DNA of 62,417 bases from a virus (taxonomy: Duplodnaviria; Caudoviricetes): the IMG/VR virus record IMGVR_UViG_3300023110_000035, positions 1 through 62,417 of that record; one strand, written 5' to 3'. Positions within the stretch are counted from its first letter, which is position 1, and each line of letters begins with the position of its first letter. Positions 29,779 to 40,500 of this stretch are shown here, piece by piece. The notes beneath the pieces were generated by a model. That model ran no database searches and had not been told where the DNA came from. It was given only the letters and a program-made list of their open reading frames with translations. Made by a program: the position numbers and the translations under genes.

Positions 29779-30096
29779 TTATCCTAATGCAATTGCAAAT
29801 GCTATTGCTGAATCTAAAACATTTACACCATCAACATTGAACGAATCATTAGGTCCAACGTTAACAGAACCACTAACTTGAATGGATTGAGAAACAATTA
29901 CAGATGTACCTGATGTGTTTTCTTCACCTATTGTGATTGTATCCTTTACAATCAATCTATCGAATTCAGCTTCAGTTACCGAAATATCACCAGTAAAAGA
30001 ACCAGTAAAGCTACCAGTAAACGAACCACTTAAATCAGCGTATGCTGATAATGATTGTTCTATCGAACCTGAAAAAATCGGCGAATCTATTCTCAT
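29779..30096 (-). CDS. Small fibre-like protein ending AIAFAIALG (105 aa)
   Basis: Shares SGSFTGSF/VSGS motifs with the giant fibres. Has a hydrophobic C-terminal AIALG motif. Confidence 0.65.
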   Translation of the reverse strand: MRIDSPIFSGSIEQSLSAYADLSGSFTGSFTGSFTGDISVTEAEFDRLIVKDTITIGEENTSGTSVIVSQSIQVSGSVNVGPNDSFNVDGVNVLDSAIAFAIALG

Positions 30097-30118
30097 TTAT
30101 CTATCCATTGGTTATAGG

Positions 30119-30127
30119 TATAAATAT
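30119..30127 (-). promoter_or_regulatory. Candidate late promoter motif ATATTTATA
   Basis: Exact copy 22 nt upstream of the 30096 start. Confidence 0.55.
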
Positions 30128-30146
30128 AACTAATTTTCATTTACTA

Positions 30147-30602
30147 TTATGGCTTTGTTGGCCAAGTTACTTCAAATGGATTAGATTGAGTTGTAATATC
30201 TCTTAATGATTGTCTGTATGATTGCCATAAGGCTAATTTAGAACCACTAATTGGAGTATCATTCATTTGTGTCCAATCACATTCACTTAGTAAATTATTT
30301 CTTGTTTCTCTAATTTCTGTCCATTTTTCTTCTTTCCTTTGCAAAATCTCTTCAGAAGAAGCTGAGGAGGTTATCCAATTCTGAATATAGACAGAACCAC
30401 TTTGAATTGGTGTACCTTCGATATAATTTTTTTCATAATCAGAATCTATATCAACAGAAACTGAAACAACTGGGTATGTATGGAAAGATGCCAATACATC
30501 ATTTGTTAAGTTTTTTGGAAAACTTATATTTGTATTCTCACTCCTTAGATTATCTAAAGTGTAGGGATATGTTATTTCTGAACCACTTACTTTTATATAC
30601 AT
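30147..30602 (-). CDS. Tail fibre assembly chaperone
   Basis: C-terminal IRETRNNLLSECDWTQ..D.P...WQSYRQSLRDIT.Q..P..V.WPTKP signature. Confidence 0.82.
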   Translation of the reverse strand: MYIKVSGSEITYPYTLDNLRSENTNISFPKNLTNDVLASFHTYPVVSVSVDIDSDYEKNYIEGTPIQSGSVYIQNWITSSASSEEILQRKEEKWTEIRETRNNLLSECDWTQMNDTPISGSKLALWQSYRQSLRDITTQSNPFEVTWPTKP

Positions 30603-30614
30603 AACTTTATATTT

Positions 30615-31496
30615 TTATTTCCAATTTGCTGGTATTGATGCGTAATTTCCTAATCCAGTTGCATTTCTAAATGCATATAAACCTAATGGTACTGGATTTC
30701 TAGTCCAAAGTTCGGGTGCATTTCCTGTCAATGAATTAGAAGTTGTTGGCATTCTAAATACTGAGAAAAATGTTGTAACTGATGTATTATTATCAAATAA
30801 TCCCGTTGGGATTGAACCTAATGATGTACAACTTTTAAATGTTGATGAAAAGTTAGTTACATTTGTATTATTATCAAATAATCCAGATGGTATAGAACTT
30901 AGTGAAAAACATTGGTTAAATGTTGAGTTAAATGATAGAGCTTGTGTACAATTATCAAAAAATCCACTTGGGATTGATGAAATAGACATAAACGAAAAAC
31001 TATCTACGAAAGATGTTACATTAACCATAAAATCCAACAAACCACTTGGTAATGATGTTATACCAGTACGTCTAAAAAAGTTATCTAAATTAAATATAGT
31101 ACTTAATCCTTCAAAATCAGTAGTTGGTACAGATGTTAAATTAGTACAACCATGAAAGTTTAATGTTCTAAATGAAGTTTCACCCCAAGAAATAACTGCT
31201 GTATATAATCCCCTATATAAAGAATTATTATCTACCTTAAAAGAAGGTACAGTTCCATTTAATGAAATATCATAAGTACCAGCTGAAGTAAAAGTGTGTA
31301 ATTTGTTTACATCAGATGATGCTTGTATTAAATTACTGTTACCATCATCCCAGTCTACTGTAAAATTAGGTGTATTACTACCATAATCAGCAATAGGCAA
31401 TTCATATGTCTGATTTGCTGATGTTGTTACTATTCTAAATACAAATGATTCCAATTCTCCTCCTGTTACGCTTGTTAATCTTCTTGCTATTCCCAT
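30615..31496 (-). CDS. PKD-like plus BspA-type leucine-rich-repeat protein, putative adhesin
   Basis: FTVDWDDG...HTFTSAGTYDISL (PKD-like), then ~25-aa repeats of the form F..C.SL.SIP.GLFDNNT.VT.F. Confidence 0.75.
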   Translation of the reverse strand: MGIARRLTSVTGGELESFVFRIVTTSANQTYELPIADYGSNTPNFTVDWDDGNSNLIQASSDVNKLHTFTSAGTYDISLNGTVPSFKVDNNSLYRGLYTAVISWGETSFRTLNFHGCTNLTSVPTTDFEGLSTIFNLDNFFRRTGITSLPSGLLDFMVNVTSFVDSFSFMSISSIPSGFFDNCTQALSFNSTFNQCFSLSSIPSGLFDNNTNVTNFSSTFKSCTSLGSIPTGLFDNNTSVTTFFSVFRMPTTSNSLTGNAPELWTRNPVPLGLYAFRNATGLGNYASIPANWK

Positions 31497-31512
31497 TTTA
31501 TATAACTATTTG

Positions 31513-34500
31513 TTAACTCATATTTGCCGCACTTAGGAAGCCATAATAAGTTGTTCCCGTATCATAAGTATAGAATACTAAGATATCTTTACCAGAAGTA
31601 GTTAGGGTTGGTGCGTTACCATTTGCCCATAATACTCCAGTTGGCCAAGTTATTGTATGTGCTCCACCATTTTCTAATACCAATGTAAATCCAAATGCTT
31701 TTGGTGCACCTGGTGGATTATCAAATGTAAATGTTGCGTTATTTGTTACTTCATATTCAAAGTTGTTTGCATCTTCTAAATCTAAAGTTACACTAGCTCC
31801 AGAACCAGCATCATAATATTGTTCTTGGAATGTTTTAGCCGTAATAAATCCAGAGCCAGAAATTTGTGTTGATTCTAATGTTAATCCATCAAATATTAAA
31901 TTAGATTCTACCGTTGCATTTGGTGCTGAACCATTTAGGGTAATTACACCATTATTAGTAGCTCCTTGTAATACTAATAAACCACTTGTACCCGATGTTC
32001 CGAATCCACTTGTACCACTCGAACCAGCAGTACCAGTTGCATCAACACCCGAAGTACCAGATGTACCACTACTTCCTTCAGCTGATGTACCTGATGTACC
32101 AGCTGAACCATTTGAACCTAATCCAGATGTACCATGTGAACCACTAATACCAGAAGTACCACCAGTACCTGTTGTACCACTTGTTCCATCAACACCACTT
32201 GAACCAAAGAATGTACCATCTAAACCACTTGTTCCACTACTTCCACTTGTTCCAGAAGAACCATCAGTACCCGTAGTACCTGATGAACCAGCCGTACCAC
32301 TACTTCCAAATAATGTTCCATCTAAACCACTTGTACCACTTGTACCAGTTTGACCTGATGAACCAGATGTACCAACCGTACCATCTCTACCAGATGTACC
32401 ACTACTTCCTTCAGCTGATGTACCTGATGTACCATCAGTACCTAATCCAGAAGTACCAGAAGTTCCAGCACCAGATGTACCCGATGTACCAGCTTCTCCA
32501 CTTGAACCAGAAGTACCATCACTACCAAAGTTAGTTCCATCAATACCACTTGAACCTGATGTTCCATCTATACCAGATGTACCTGCTCCAGAAGTACCAG
32601 ATGTACCTGTTGTTCCACTTGTTCCACTTGAACCAAAGAAAGTTCCATCTAAACCAGAACTACCAGATGTACCTGATTGACCAGATGTACCGGCCGAACC
32701 AGATGTTCCAGTTGTACCAGAAGAACCACTTGTTCCAGCAGAACCAAAGTTCGTTCCATCTAAACCAGAAGAACCCGAAGTACCAGTTGTACCCGATGTA
32801 CCACTCGTACCAGCTCCAGATGTACCAGCAGTACCCGAAGAACCGAAGAAGGTTCCATCTAAACCACTTGTACCCGATGAACCTAATCCACTTGTACCTG
32901 ATGTTCCAGTTATACCAGAAGAACCACTCGTTCCAGTTGTACCACTACTTCCAAAGAATGTACCATCAACACCACTTGAACCACTTGTACCATCAACACC
33001 ATCAGCACCAGAAGAACCTGAAGTACCTGCTCCGCTTGTACCAGAACTACCAGCAGTACCTGAAGAACCGAAGAATGTACCATCTAAACCACTTGTACCA
33101 GATGTACCATTTGTTCCAGAGGAACCATCAGTACCTGATGTACCACCACTACCAGATGTTCCAGCTCCAGAAGTACCACTTGAACCTGAAGTTCCTTCAG
33201 CTGATGTACCACTTGAACCCGTTGTACCACTACTACCACTTGTACCAGCTGAACCATCAGTACCAGCTCCACTTGTACCAGCCGTACCAGAAGAACCTCC
33301 ACTACCAGCGGTTCCAGTTGTACCACTACTTCCAAAGAATGTACCATCTAATCCAGATGTTCCAGAAGAACCACTTGTACCAGCTGAACCATCAGTACCT
33401 GCTCCGCTTGTACCAGAAGAACCAGCCGTTCCACTACTTCCGAAGAATGTACCATCTAAACCACTTGTACCGCTTGAGCCAGAAGTACCCGAAGAACCAC
33501 CTGAACCACTACTACCAGTAGCACCATCTATACCAGATGAACCACTGCTTCCACTTGTTCCATTTGTACCCGATGTACCACTACTTCCTTCAGCAGATGT
33601 ACCACTTGAACCAGCACTACCACTACTTCCACTTGTTCCAGAAGAACCAGATGTACCATTAGTACCAGATGTACCAGCTGAACCAGAAGTACCTTCAGCA
33701 GATGTACCACTTGAACCAGCGGTTCCACTTGTAGCGCTTGTTCCACTACTTCCACTTGTTCCACTTGTTCCAGATGTACCACTACTTCCTTCAGCGGATG
33801 TACCACTACTTCCACTTGTTCCAGCTGAACCCGATGTTCCATCAGTACCACTTGTTCCCGCTGAACCTGAAGTTCCACTACTTCCACTTGTTCCAGATGA
33901 ACCAGTTGAACCAGATGTACCAGCTGAACCTGAAGTTCCATCGGAACCAGAAGTACCACTACTTCCATCAGTACCAGATGTACCCGAAGAACCACTTTCT
34001 CCACTTGTACCTGATGTACCAGCTGAACCAGTTGAACCTGAAGTACCTGAAGTTCCAGACGTACCATCTGAACCAGATGTTCCAGATGTACCATCCGAAC
34101 CAGACGTTCCACTTGAACCACTTGAACCAGTTGTACCCGATGAACCACTACTACCACTTGTACCAGCAGTTCCATCTAATCCACTTGTACCAGACGTACC
34201 ATCAGAACCAGATGAACCTGAAGTTCCAGAAGTACCAAATGAACCAGTTGTACCAGCTGAACCAGTTGTTCCACTACTACCACTACTACCACTTGAACCA
34301 GCTGAACCAGAAGAACCTTGTTCTCCACTTGTTCCACTACTACCACTTGTACCAGCAGAACCTGAAGTTCCTTGTGCTCCACTACTACCACTACTACCAC
34401 TTGTACCAGATGAACCAGCTGAACCAGCCGAACCAGTTGAACCATCTGAGCCCGATGTACCTGATGTACCACTACTTCCAGAAGTTCCACTTGTTCCAGA

Positions 34501-37500
34501 AGTTCCACTTGTTCCGCTTGTTCCAGAAGTTGATGAAGAACCAGATGAACCTGATGTACCATCAGTACCAGATGTTCCAGAAGTTCCATCTGAACCTGTT
34601 GTACCAGAAGAACCAGTTGAACCAGAAGAACCCGAAGTTCCAGATGTTGAAGAAGTACCACTACTTCCAGATGTACCATTTGTTCCAGAAGAACCTGATG
34701 TACCATCAGTACCTATACCACTTGTACCAGCTGAACCTGTCGAACCACTACTACCACTACTACCACTACTACCACTACTTCCGCTTGAACCAGAAGTTCC
34801 ACTTGAACCAGAAGTACCAGTTGAACCAGTCGTACCACTACTACCAGTAGAACCACTACTACCACTTGAACCACTTGTACCAGCAGAACCTGAAGTACCA
34901 GATGAACCAGAAGTACCCGTTGTTCCAGATGTACCAGCAGAACCAGAAGTACCCGAAGTACCCCCAGTACCAGTAGAACCATCAGTTCCGCTTGTTCCCG
35001 AAGTACCCGATGAACCAGAAGAACCAGAAGTACCAGTTGAACCAGTTGTACCTGATGAACCAGCAGTACCAGTTGAACCAGCTGAACCAGTAGAACCATC
35101 AGTACCAGATGTTCCAGAAGTTCCAGTGTTACCTGATGAACCAGATGTACCGAATGAACCTGTTGTACCTGATGAACCAGTTGTTCCAGAAGTACCAGAT
35201 GTACCAGCTGAACCAGTAGAACCATCAGTACCAGATGTACCCGAAGTTCCACTTGTACCACTTGTACCAGAAGTTGCAGATGTACCAGAAGTACCAGCTG
35301 AACCATTCTTATCAACAATGTTTATAGTTCCAATCATTGAACCATGTACAGCACATTGATAAACTATACTATCAGGTGCATTTTCAGGAACTCTATATTT
35401 TATTAGTGTTGATGTATTTGAAACACCATTTGTTGGGTCATTATTTGTTGTACCCGGAACTGCATCTGTATCACCATCAGTTAATCTTAATGCAAATGGA
35501 TGTGTTCCACTTACATTACTTACATCAAAATAAAATAGTTCTCCTCTAACAACAGTTATTGTTGGGAAATCACCACTAATTCCATTAAAATTGTAAATAA
35601 ACCCATTGCTGGTAACAATGAACATTCCACCACCTTCAATACCAGATGTTCCACTACTTCCACTCGAACCAGATGTTCCACTTGTTCCAGATGTACCAGC
35701 AGTACCAGTTGAACCAGAAGTACCACTACTTCCACTCGAACCAGATGAACCAGATGAACCAGACGTTCCCTCAGAACCAGTTGTACCACTACTACCAGTA
35801 GTACCACTAGTACCACTCGAACCAGATGAACCACTTGTTCCTGATGAACCTGAAGTACCATCCGAACCTGAGGTTCCAGAAGAACCAGAGGTTCCTGCTG
35901 AACCAGTTGTACCAGCAGAACCAGTTGTACCAGAACTACCTGAAGTTCCATCAGTACCTGATGTTCCAGAAGTACCATCTATACCAGATGTACCAGAAGA
36001 ACCAGTTGTACCTGATGAACCAGTTGTTCCAGCAGTACCAGATGTACCAGCCGTACCAGTTGTTCCAGATGTACCTGCTACTTCAGCAATACTTTTAGTT
36101 TGTAATTTTTTATTAGATGTATTATAAATTACTAAATCATTCGAGGTACCTGTTTCTAATTCTAAGAATACACTACCAGTTACAAATAAACTTCCAGTTA
36201 CATTTAAACTACCACTTAATTCAGCTTTACCATCGAATGGGAATCCATCACCAGTAGAGTTACTTAATACTTCTACTAATACCCCATCCGAACCAGAAGG
36301 TGTTACACTAACACCAGAACCAGTAAAGTTCATATTTCCTACTAATCCATTTACTACTGAACCAGTTTCAAATATGTATAAATCAGTTCCACCACCACCA
36401 GCACCAGCGTTTAATGCGTATGAAGCAGTTACAGCAAAATGTGAGAAAGATGATGTAGCCACACTCATTGAAGAGGTTTGGCTATTTTGTATGTATTCAC
36501 TTAAATCAACACTAACTTCAGCATTTTCAGCGTAAGATGCTGTAATTGCGAATGAAGAAGAAAGAACGGTCATTGATGCCGTTTGTTCGTTTCTTACAAA
36601 GTTTTCTAAATCTTGTAGTGCAGCTAATGATGCTGAATCTAATCCTGCTACCGAAGATGCCGTTCCAGCAGTTTCAGCAAATATAGCATATGATGCCGAA
36701 TCAACTGTACCTATTACGTTATCTCCACTAATTGCTCCACTAATCTTAGAACCACCACTACCAACAACAATTTGTCCACTTGTTAATCCACTAAATTTAA
36801 CTTTAACAGTATTATTATCAATTGATTCAATAGCTAAAGGAATAATCATTCCATTTGAACCAGTTTCATAAACTTGTACGATTGGGTATGCTACATCAAA
36901 GTTGTGAACAATTGTTACTTCAGTTACATTTGAGAATGGTTCGGTTGTAGTTGGAGTTGATTCAGGTACAGGTACAAATTTATTAGCATCCTCATCAAAG
37001 ATTAGAATATCTCTATCTTCAGCATCACCCTCTCCTCTATAAGGTCCTTCAAATGAACCAGAGAATAATCCTCCTCTAAATATACTTGCAGTAATATCAG
37101 TTGTAATGATATTATTTTCTACTGTCAAATCACCTTCAATCGATGCAGATGTGTTTACAACAAAACCTTGAACAGGAGATACCGATGCAGTTACCGAACC
37201 AGAAGTAATTCTTGTCTGGTCTAAATCAAAGATTGCATCAGCTGGAATATCAAATAAATCTCTACCACTACCACTAAATGATGAACCACTAATTAGTGAT
37301 ATCGCTCCACTTACAAATAATGAACCAGTTAATTGTGAACCACTCTCAGGTGCAAATACTACAAATCCTTTGTTATCACTTACTTGTGCGAATGTTGAAC
37401 CAGAAGTAATTAAACTCAACTCTAAATCTGTCAACGATTCCGCTGGGATGTTAAATAACCCACTACCATCACCATCAAATCTAGATGCTGTTAGTGGTAC

Positions 37501-40500
37501 ATTTACTAATAATTTATTAGGGTCAATTACAGCTTCACCAGAACCAGATACAATTTTATCTAATTCTAAGTCTTGAAGTGCTTCCGCTGGGATATTGAAT
37601 AATCCACCACCATCACCTTCGAAGAATGATGCCGATATTGATTCTGAAATAAATACTGAACCACTAAATTCTGATTTTACTGAACCAGTAGATGATAATT
37701 GGAATAATCCAGATTCATCAACCGATGCGGTTACCGAACCAGTAGCAATTCTATCAGCATCAAATGCTAAGTTAGCAATTGATATATTTGTTAAACCACT
37801 ACCATCACCACTAATTACTCCACCAACATTTAATGATTGTGAAATTTCTACTGAACCACTAAATTCTGATTTTACACCACCAGCCGTATCTTCAACAATA
37901 AATCTTCCATCTTCTTTGGTAGATGCGGTTACAGAACCAGTTACAATTTGGTTTACATCAAATGCTAAGTTAGCAAGTGAAATATTTGTAAGACCAGAAC
38001 CATCACCAGTAATAACTCCACCAAAATCAATTGATTCAGATACTTTTAATGAACCACTTAATTCAGTTGTTACTGAAGATGTTGATTCTACTCTAAAGAA
38101 ACCATCATTAGTAACCGATGCCGTTACTGAACCTGTTACTAATCTATTTACATCAAATGATAGGTTTGCTAATGAGATATTAGTTAACTGAGAACCATCA
38201 CCTTGAAATGAACCACTAAATGAACCACTAAGTTCTAAATCTTCTCTTGTATTTTCCCATCTCTGAGAACCACTCTGCCAAACTAATAAATCACCATCAT
38301 TTGATTTAATTGAACCACTATCAACTAATATAGCATCATTTGTAGTAATTTCTACATCATGTAAATCATATAGATGGTCTCCTAAATGGGGTCTAACTAA
38401 TAAGGTTACATTCACACCATTTACTGCAGTTACAGCAGCTATTGTAGATTTTAAGTTTGGAGCTACTGGTGTTACGTTTGTTAAACCACCTGGTCTTAAT
38501 GGGTCTCCATAAAGTATATCACCTTCAGACCAAGTTTGTGAACTATCTTTTAAGTTGGCATTTTGTAATGTAGTTGTATTTATATCTCTAACATACCCAA
38601 ACCAAGTTGCAAATCCTTCGTTGTTATTTGGTATGGTTTCGGTGATAATACCTACTAAGTAATTTTCTGCATAACTTCCAGAAGTTTCTGCCTTTACAAC
38701 CCTTAATCGATTACCTTGTGCAGGTTGAGTAGGGTCTATCATTACCAATGTACCATTTAGTAAATCTCCCCCATCTTTATTTATAACAGGTGGATAATAA
38801 AGTTCTTGTCCTATTTGTTGGGTAGCTAATCCACCCTTCATTCCTAAATCAAGAGTACCATCGGTTTCATTCCATTTTAATCTACCAGGTATACTTGGAT
38901 TATCTTCATCAAAATTAATGAAATCTAAATAAGATGCGGTAATTGATGATGCAGTAATATGATTTGCTACTAATTTTTCAGTAGTTGTTGTATCAGTAAC
39001 GTTTAAATCATTTGTTACATTTGCATCTAATGTAGTAATTGTTTGAGTTACTTTTAAATCAGCTTCAACTCTTACATTATCTTTTAAATCAGTTCTACCA
39101 TCAAATACAATATTTGCATTAGATGGTTCTTCACTATAAACTTTTGCAATACCACCCATTCCAGTGTGGTTGATACAATAGTAATAAAGTGTAGTTGGAG
39201 TATCTGATGTAACATCAATTATTACTCTTGAACCACTATTTCCAGCAGCAATACTTCCAGTATCAACGCTACCAGTATATACCGAACCACCATTGTGAGT
39301 ACCATCTAATGTAGTTGAAAATCTTAAATCATGCGTATCGTTGGAACTACCACTTTGCCAAATAGTATATGTTGAACCAACTAAAAATTCTAATTTTGGT
39401 TGTTGTTCATCATCAATAAAGTATTTGTTACCACCATCAGCTGATTGTACTTCTACAACTAATGTGGTATCATCTACAAATGGTTCATAAGATGCCGATA
39501 CTAAAAATGCTCCAGAAGCTTGAGTTTCACCATCTATAAATAACCCACCAGTAATGGCTGCTATTGAATTTACTTCAAATCCTTTATTTGGAGAAACTGA
39601 TGCGGTTACAGAACCACTTGCTATAAATGAACGAGGAAGTACATCTTCAGCGAGTGCTGAAAGTGGAATATTAAATAAATCTCTACCACTACCACTAAAT
39701 GAACCACTAAAGTCTCCTAAGAATTTACTAGCACTTATTTCATTAGCTGTTATAGTGTTAGATACATCTAAATTACCAGTTACAAATGTACTACCTGTTA
39801 TATTTAGATTACCAACTACCTCAGTATCACCAATTAAATCAATTTGTCCGTATAGTGGTATTTCATCAACTATATTAAATTCACCACCCATTGCAAGGTG
39901 ATTTTCACAATTATAATAAAGTGTATCAGGAGCTGAACCAGAAACTACCCATGTGATTGTATCATTATCAACACCATTATTTGTTATTACACTACCACTA
40001 TATTCAAATCCAGTTCCATCAGAATTTTGAGTTTTTATGTAGAATGGGTGTGCTGGTGCATTTACGTTAAATGTGTAAGTTAGTCCTCTTACAATTGTAA
40101 TAGTTGGATTATCACCATCTACTCCACTAAATCTATATGAATTAGCACCATCATTGGTAATAGTAAATGAAGTATTCAACGAACCAGTATCAACAAATCC
40201 GTTTGATGATGATACTATGAAACTACCTGTTATTCTTACATCATCCTCTAAGTTAGTTGTTGTATTGACTACAAACCCTAAGTTGGGTGAAATGGATGCA
40301 GTAGCAGAACCACTAGCTATTCTCTTAGCTTCCTCAGCGAACTCAGCCGCAGGTAAGTTGGTTAATTGAGAACCATCACCCACAAAGAATGATGCCGATA
40401 CCGTACCTTCACTTGCAGTAATATCAGTACCAACTTTAAATCCTTCATTTACATCTAAACTTCCACTAATTCTAACTGAACCAGTTAATTCAGAACCACT

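Noticed and set aside
18078-31496. Diversity-generating retroelement or shufflon/invertase acting on the fibres
   Set aside because: No reverse transcriptase or recombinase, no adenine-specific TR/VR pair and no inverted cassettes seen in this window. One elsewhere in the genome cannot be excluded.
26995-36080. Possible CRISPR array or non-coding tandem repeat
   Set aside because: The repeats are degenerate, in frame and codon-periodic. There is no constant repeat with unique spacers and no cas gene.
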